In this document: one piece after another, positions 61,101 to 64,000 of the stretch | Numbering within the stretch: the stretch's first letter is position 1 | Layout of the letters: each line of letters begins with the position of its first letter | Made by a program: the position numbers and the translations under genes | The notes under the pieces: generated by a model | Databases searched by the model: none | What the model was told of the DNA's origin: nothing | What the model saw: only the letters and a program-made list of their open reading frames with translations | Assembly (NCBI GenBank): GCA_000002435.2 | Contig: CM018793.1 | Length of the DNA stretch: 64,000 bases | DNA from: Giardia intestinalis | Lineage: Eukaryota | Strand: one strand, 5' to 3'

Positions 61101-61283
61101 ATCCATCTGTAAACCGTCCCCTTGCCCCATCAACTTTGGAATATTCTCAGAAAGCTTCATCTGCCCCTCATGGAATGTGTTGCTCGGCCTCAGCTGGTAT
61201 ATAGTTTGGAGGTGCAGGGGAAGCAGACTTACCAGGCTCCCACTGCTGGGCCTGCGGCCGCGATCGTTGAGAGGAGAGCTCAT
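52134..61283 (-). CDS. Giant hypothetical protein (~3,049 aa): basic helical-repeat N-terminal region, Ser-rich disordered remainder
   Basis: Track start 61286 is TTG; the adjacent ATG is at 61283. aa ~150-470 are Arg/Lys/Leu-rich with recurring [FL]xxW[KR] spacing (FRLWR, FSTWR, FVAWL, FYRWS, LGLWK, LRRWE). The rest is Ser/Thr-rich low complexity. Confidence 0.7.
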   Translation of the reverse strand: MSSPLNDRGRRPSSGSLVSLLPLHLQTIYQLRPSNTFHEGQMKLSENIPKLMGQGDGLQMDTGIASPLLVHSPTADLPLVRRNTLPSTSALSDTSKTDTISSTSEILSHCRSKNRILGASYKPPQSFIYNWTIPVNMEDIHAFVHSELITEQSVRSVIFLQRQIRLLRRSAAILRLLESAHRRALVIPGIVFRLWRVYTFIIRMYRHVLHRKVFSTWRTEMLICIKHKQMEYLCNIFLQSKYFACFKERARINTQLNLFVVTFTKRINLRVTNDIFQFFLYLMKYLKTYRKQLKAFIERDEGQANGYQSLQLPPDNPRSVYKELLKGMPIRFYDIAKTLVPTRSSYLIHSFVFDIQYRVQVVLYIRLTLLKYTLISPIFVAWLTTIRMLRIRKTFLLLTYDKLLITAFYRWSDLARGRHKLMTKYLGLWKQYIDKIRLQRYKILLANQFRVKSLVQTYLRRWEDYCFSKDIARLMAASSLAARPGYASFFICTLYLMINGCTVYDAVNRRIVKKAYVVESFAEDGRVGYRTIEDDDGFLMIPGDVATKTLENRKAREEEAALQRKESQLRNLFDAHIGSRQARAAGSTFLTQRPDDESDSEGDSIKRLVAPPPRKKSGSRGTPVPYCMSYHDEFCLKFRVFQVLKQRPMARRSFLRFALLLQAGDRIYKQLVSLQLWKAYILANKERLAKQKKHIEGDALHVTATRTDKDALQDIFLTGAISNHSDARSQSDTDPVLSKPTLNELVSQKAPDSFVHLLFFKTHSLLFLTLLHKITHLPSVGSMINISDFIPELDLHLFKSVISRILSLSTKQLESACYLTTRSSLGTCLSRLKTMQLFASVAILHTNFKYASFPRQKTTDLAPRFQVSTWDRRMSNLRSILSCCGLDTVYSLLRNYNKLQTMAKMEADLLEKYQSIEMDVTAMEQHAEPLEALVPQMLQEDIAVCKLFNEKQSMIKTILDNTTLSGNTSSLMERLKRERSYVSKNTTELTTEAAHKLLLFDAHASNSLLLQRLLDAVSAEISAGITTKLEAKLTGALDSPRHRGGTKLRVMQMADDLDAKTRVLKSALCKCFLAPQAIPHRLRNLLESATLSRSSTSSSSSDKYCHICSGCLCFYCFCDQRCRCMKNTIMRRSLIFTNYPAITYASYKRIDSALAFLSEMSEDCNDIDEDYAASLSLSLQCFRVCGDTFLRHQIDKDCLRLLLMNTADLSAAPYSFLNNAIITDSLEAGGTVKISATLENETEEPVAKVIVAHIQHKNKNRRKQKRKGKTAFPKKALSQPLLLEPASGLEEKPLQTLEDFEIGKTADLLINYANRELIERIEVYKQVEGEHPQSLEAPTYPRLSVQAPSGSMLRNALLYTEVVFTTRSFTPSASPQNVYLSLDALDDGSFKDYDDNIASIQRAQERLLSLELSEPVKHSINTPLQSGSQSTAIEPILPSEQISTKQGDTQQMHIEPAQARQTTQNTGKIRPESSSSKPSTRHELLGRRYQVAISENSPAYSISNLSDPDPSSAPAFPLAPTNPILVPPIVTRESSSHYTVAKTDASPRRSSSTSRLVPVLAELPPGFEIEPTGGLSAQSCRSKSPNVAIQDNQSEQHERDRGEDSSEASLLAFFQDLPPDRESSSRSVLVSSQLRSRETVRQISHQIDEELSRIASASPHKSISSRPYSSEAGAVSLKDAELISPLPVADVLVGINTDLNRLQHSFCRAPSAPCNPSDSASRTATIVRPNSTQKLRLERPASQASSLPASQETIGNNKVSKHTLQTSPASNTSRRFASAQSDNSTKDGHTSAYTAINLQLETVTDVTSSFAGTPISAIQQGSINEATSIPILEQCSERLSTSDKILDILQNIQSKFVDVEADSAEERIANLFKHLQEPALESIDVTIEGLTTDGQKYVPSNVTVAEQESTSDDELDFLVKPAPTTELLQLTMDLEKTISRQMQLRNSMRVASPRIGNKSVSRLAHQKLLDELGNIIPRVDLSDNSALRMQSGLISTPFESMNVTELSINHQYSRLQHIEEKIQDMVGPKARNWKEQRTMLQYIKEADDLNLSSSESLLRDEGDSFIIDLDSITSSSPSLSVSDLIPPDSPLSDQASNRACLDMTELPTVHTLSRGGSCAKKMSRPQILQRNKKIGKITTRYDKKPPSSGESNKRTLSNPTLRELNVTCYNRILRECRWARDASNSERTVSSADAYKRNTMLRRNEGLLQGKGTTTLPKYKWKKLIRVTSSPAMRYSEQHSIQKPKRRSSISIHLAAAKKEARVHLPTLAVHTSTGIATLGNAMWNAPTKPLQPSLLTKRMIAKYHRASRNPILSPTFVSSESSSTMDKTHIKAEYVSAWRRTKRLKYVGSANMFRNDKVLLDADPDPSSIPTPKPVRPPIEDMKDYIVSKIDANIFITAQQDDQEIEQTQSMREISRPSMIVGDLPSSTKSSEDSNQQDIPPVQRRNQELIRMLEECLLTDPITNRYSEMINVMSVNTSSLFELSTEQTSKEERQTDYTLIREFAKAAPRTTLQQYTDIEADIRIRKQVEQTKVELTTLSAEANSYCSPTTISMQNSAATPTVIKKQLEPDDPGFALTPFSVWGSGNTQQDHTYVASYPEAKMTDEEFHNIVLSQTFEVLSKAIQLAHGNKMITAQRCRESIESKKMSAWEIAAGSRRSQSTRDLCSKNAQLMFSRAVRNALHQKVYNVNATPIVRGFGLREGGQTPDLLHGGPDILSSLLRWRHKVEGYSSTQKSHEKTGLYAIQSHKLTKGEMTTFQNSLWISPGRKTVPLDVSNFKLVGSPTHSNAVLKRESCFGRSLANVSRKGMLHHVSPYAMKRGHTMSIGMLARACADRGSAMLKPQITTVKPASELAAMSAKALPRDVLARMQLECTYVVSEEHKEREHTECPNKRYTLGQVLKVHSKPIVVSDQRIINMKTSVHIIDMNGRPLQKSPSLPPKPHGSKYGESPKSPRHEMGIRLPVAEPSKKNVPRPVAQPLHSESQRAQLLTVHGMLSPSPVDEDHELPRESSAGYLKHQRRSRHLPGTLSQIPASNADTSISFTDDENN

Positions 61284-61439
61284 CAAGAGCTTTGCTAAAT
61301 TTGGTTGAAAGAGTTATTGAAGAGCATTAGGGGACTGCTCAGCGACGAGGCGCAGGGATCAATGAGGCAGTTACGTGTGTGACTAGCTGACCAATGTTCA
61401 CTTTAGGTGGAGGCAGCGGAGCCTTTCGAGAGAAAGTCC

Positions 61440-61964
61440 TTAGGAGCTTTTCTCACAGAAGTCTGGATCACCTATTCCAACGACGCGTACGTGATTATAG
61501 AAGATTACTGCATTACTACAGCCCCAATTCGTCAAGCAACGTAAAACCCTGTATGTGTTTATAAAGCGCGCCAAATGGGTTGCTCCTGGCAACGACACAG
61601 ATGCGTATCGCTTAGGTTGTAGCTCTAGAAGCACCAGCCCCGTCATACCATCGCTCGCTTCGTTTAGTTTGTCCAGAACAAAAGGAGGGATCTCTGTGGC
61701 AGGGTGAATGACTCTATTCTGCATTAGCAAACATGGTTGCGTAGGGTTGTAGGATGTTAAATAGGATATCTGCTGAGTGAACCGGTACGAGTTTCGCAGA
61801 GCCCTTAGTGAGGAGGTCGTTGTTTTATCGGACGGCGCAAAAAGAATGACCCTCTTCCCCTCTGTGCGGGCCTTTACTTGCGCTCTGGCAGCAATTCCGA
61901 GGGCTCGTGCAATAAGCACGAGAAGGAAACCCGCTATGAGGGTCAAAGACGAATAAAACCCCAT
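61440..61964 (-). CDS. Hypothetical N-terminally membrane-anchored protein
   Basis: 174 aa. Initiator gaaaccaaaaATG. N-terminal TM (LTLIAGFLLVLIARALGIAA), then a soluble domain. Confidence 0.5.
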   Translation of the reverse strand: MGFYSSLTLIAGFLLVLIARALGIAARAQVKARTEGKRVILFAPSDKTTTSSLRALRNSYRFTQQISYLTSYNPTQPCLLMQNRVIHPATEIPPFVLDKLNEASDGMTGLVLLELQPKRYASVSLPGATHLARFINTYRVLRCLTNWGCSNAVIFYNHVRVVGIGDPDFCEKSS

Positions 61965-62121
61965 TTTTGGTTTCAGTCCAGGAAGCAGCTCAGCCGAACC
62001 TAGCAGTGCTTACCTATTAGATAAGCGTAAAATATGTAACTTATGGAGCAGGATCATCGGTAGGTGACAGTCTTCTCCTATCTGCTCGCAATCTATTCCA
62101 GAAGCTTCTGACACAAAATAT

Positions 62122-62649
62122 ATGAGCAGCGACAGTTCTGAGTACTTGGATCTCACCGCTGAGGTGAATTCGCAAGCCATCACAGGAATACTCTGTGATT
62201 CCCTGCACACTCCCGTTTCAAAGATATGCCGCCTGACTCGTAGACTGTGCGTGGATCTCCTTTTGGACCCAGCAGTCCACGGTCATGAAAGTGGGCTGCA
62301 CATCTGCCTGCAGGCGTCTGATGCGCTAGCAGATTACTTGCTCGCTGAGATCTGCGCCGTGCAGAACGTAAGGCTGGACCCACTTGTGAGGGAAAGGTCT
62401 CTACAGCCTCATAAGATTCCTTTGCAATTCGCAGCAATTTCGTGCATCAATGACACGGAACTAAGCTTTGTGATTGGCAGTGCGATGTTCCTTTACAGAT
62501 ACGGCGAAGATGGACCCCTTATTGACCATTTCTTCCAGGGATTGGGAAGAGCTGCATACATGGCTAACATGTGCGATGCAAACGGTGTCACGGGGCAGCA
62601 ATCCACTGCCTGTGTTCTCTGCACACACGTCGTTCTTCTTCCGGCTTAG
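62122..62649 (+). CDS. Hypothetical protein
   Basis: 175 aa. Initiator acacaaaatatATG. No recognisable motif. Confidence 0.45.
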   Translation: MSSDSSEYLDLTAEVNSQAITGILCDSLHTPVSKICRLTRRLCVDLLLDPAVHGHESGLHICLQASDALADYLLAEICAVQNVRLDPLVRERSLQPHKIPLQFAAISCINDTELSFVIGSAMFLYRYGEDGPLIDHFFQGLGRAAYMANMCDANGVTGQQSTACVLCTHVVLLPA

Positions 62650-63254
62650 TCTTCACAGTCCCATAGGTCATCTCCGCTTTCACTGAGGTCTCTGTGCGTG
62701 TCGGCCCTCACCCGATCGCGCAGATGAACATAGGAGAAGACGTTCCTTGCGTTGCGAATCAACTCTGTGTCTAGCTCGTCTGCCCCAGCGTTTCTTTTAG
62801 ATAGTAGGACCCGCTGGTATCTGTCAAGTTGACGCTGGAGACGCTCTTCGACCGATCGCTTTGCTGAGGCAGACTCGATTGTAGAGGGCGGGGACTGTTC
62901 AATATTCTTGCTAATCTTCCTTCGCAGGTCTCTGTTTCTTTTCGAGCATAACTTAACGACAAGTTTGGCGAGGCGGGCATGTTCGTCGATAGAGGGGGCC
63001 CTCGGCCGAAGAACGGCTGCTATATCGTGCTCATCTAACTTCTGTGCATCTTCTTCTTTTCGTGTGAAGGAAATGTCCCACTTGCGACTCAACTTACCCT
63101 CCACACTGCTCGGAACAGTGGGAGAGGGTGGACCGATTACCCCAGTCAATCTGGGAACAGAATCATGCACAGAGAAAGTTGGCGCAGAAAACGTTGGTGT
63201 GTGCACCTCATTTTCCTTCAGCGCTTGCTTTCTAGCAGCTATCTGCAGTTGCAT
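62646..63254 (-). CDS. Hypothetical basic/coiled-coil protein
   Basis: 202 aa. ATG 63254 is preceded by aaaatcttgcatctATG. Convergent with the 62122..62649 gene, with a 4-nt overlap of the stop codons. Confidence 0.45.
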   Translation of the reverse strand: MQLQIAARKQALKENEVHTPTFSAPTFSVHDSVPRLTGVIGPPSPTVPSSVEGKLSRKWDISFTRKEEDAQKLDEHDIAAVLRPRAPSIDEHARLAKLVVKLCSKRNRDLRRKISKNIEQSPPSTIESASAKRSVEERLQRQLDRYQRVLLSKRNAGADELDTELIRNARNVFSYVHLRDRVRADTHRDLSESGDDLWDCED

Positions 63255-63766
63255 AGATGCAAGATTTTGAAGATTTTTGCCAATTTAATTTTTGGCCAAT
63301 TCAGTTCGTAATCATGGCCCCGGGCTCGCGTTTGTGAAAGTCCATGACACTGGAATTTAACCTCTGTATTCTAGAATAAGCTGCATATCCGCTACGTTCT
63401 TATTTATAAAAAGCTACTTCTTTTACTTCTTTCCGAACCTTACAGTTTCTTCGACCATTGGCCCGCTCAAACACTTCAGAGAAGTCTTCTGAGAGGGCCA
63501 GCGCTTTAAGCACGCATCGGATGGAGCAGGGTCAAGGCTATAACATAGGATATTGAATGGAGTACCTCAAAGAGCTATGCTTCAATGCTTCATAGGTTAC
63601 AACTGCAAAATGAAACTGTTACTTACTTTGTTAGAAGAGGACGGGGCTGCTCATGGGGTTCTGGCTTTGAATGCTAGGATTTCTGACATAATTTATAGCA
63701 ATCAAAAACTCTCGTCTGGCACATCAAGCTTCTCAGATGAGTACCAACCAGCAGGCCACACCCTTT

Positions 63767-64000
63767 ATGTTTAAAATCCTTGTTGTGGGCAAGGCTTACG
63801 CTGGCAAAACGTGCTGCATAAAGCGACTCGTCCATAACACCTTCACCAACTCATACAAATCGACGCTGGGCGTTGACTTTGCAATTACCCACTTTGTCAT
63901 CCCTCAGGAGGAAATCCAGATATACCTCACAGGAGCTCCTCCAGATGTTTACTACACAGCGCCAACCGTTAGCGACACGTCCACGATGCAAATTAACCTG
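63767..64000 (+). CDS. Rab-like small GTPase, 5' partial (runs off window end)
   Basis: MFKILVVGKAYAGKTCCIKRLVHNTFTNSYKSTLGVDFA: a P-loop GxxxxGKT and the Rab-type YxxTxGVDF motif. The region where WDTAGQE is expected reads IQIYLTGAPPD. Not in the ORF track because no stop falls inside the window. Confidence 0.6.
   Translation, partial: MFKILVVGKAYAGKTCCIKRLVHNTFTNSYKSTLGVDFAITHFVIPQEEIQIYLTGAPPDVYYTAPTVSDTSTMQINL

Noticed and set aside
1-64000. Prokaryote-style features: Shine-Dalgarno sites, operons, CRISPR arrays, IS/transposon ends, defence-system gene clusters
   Set aside because: The sequence is eukaryotic. The evidence is ankyrin 21.1 proteins, an HCMP, a Myt1-like kinase, an RNA Pol subunit with AGTRAAY poly(A) signals, and A/T-rich initiators. 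I saw no direct-repeat/spacer array, no inverted-repeat-flanked transposase, and no rRNA or tRNA-like structure.

Overview
The window looks like compact, intronless nuclear DNA from a Giardia-like diplomonad, not a prokaryote. The evidence is: (i) a 1,610-aa cysteine-rich type-I membrane protein with many CXXC and GGCY motifs and a short basic cytoplasmic tail, i.e. the Giardia high-cysteine membrane protein / variant-specific surface protein (HCMP/VSP) class; (ii) six ankyrin-repeat genes of the Giardia 'protein 21.1' type, five of them in a same-strand tandem array; (iii) very short intergenic spacers with A/T-rich initiator stretches directly abutting ATG codons; (iv) AGTRAAY polyadenylation motifs overlapping or immediately following stop codons. 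I call about 30 protein-coding genes. The confidently assigned ones are an RNA polymerase second-largest subunit, a Myt1/Wee1-family kinase, a phosphoglycerate-mutase-family histidine phosphatase, a TruA/Pus-type pseudouridine synthase, a TPR protein, a CAMK-like probable pseudokinase, and several very large low-complexity proteins of 1,800 to 3,050 aa. LMBR1-like, TBL1-like (LisH) and Rab-like assignments are tentative. I found no rRNA, tRNA, CRISPR array, IS element or prokaryotic operon signal. The supplied ORF track uses alternative start codons (TTG/GTG) rendered as M, so I re-derived several starts to the first ATG with an A/T-rich initiator. The most unusual item is a 2,528-aa Myt1/Wee1-like kinase whose catalytic domain is split by an insertion of about 1,040 aa between the catalytic loop and the DFG motif, with a C-terminal transmembrane anchor. 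Other items worth a second look are listed in the findings.
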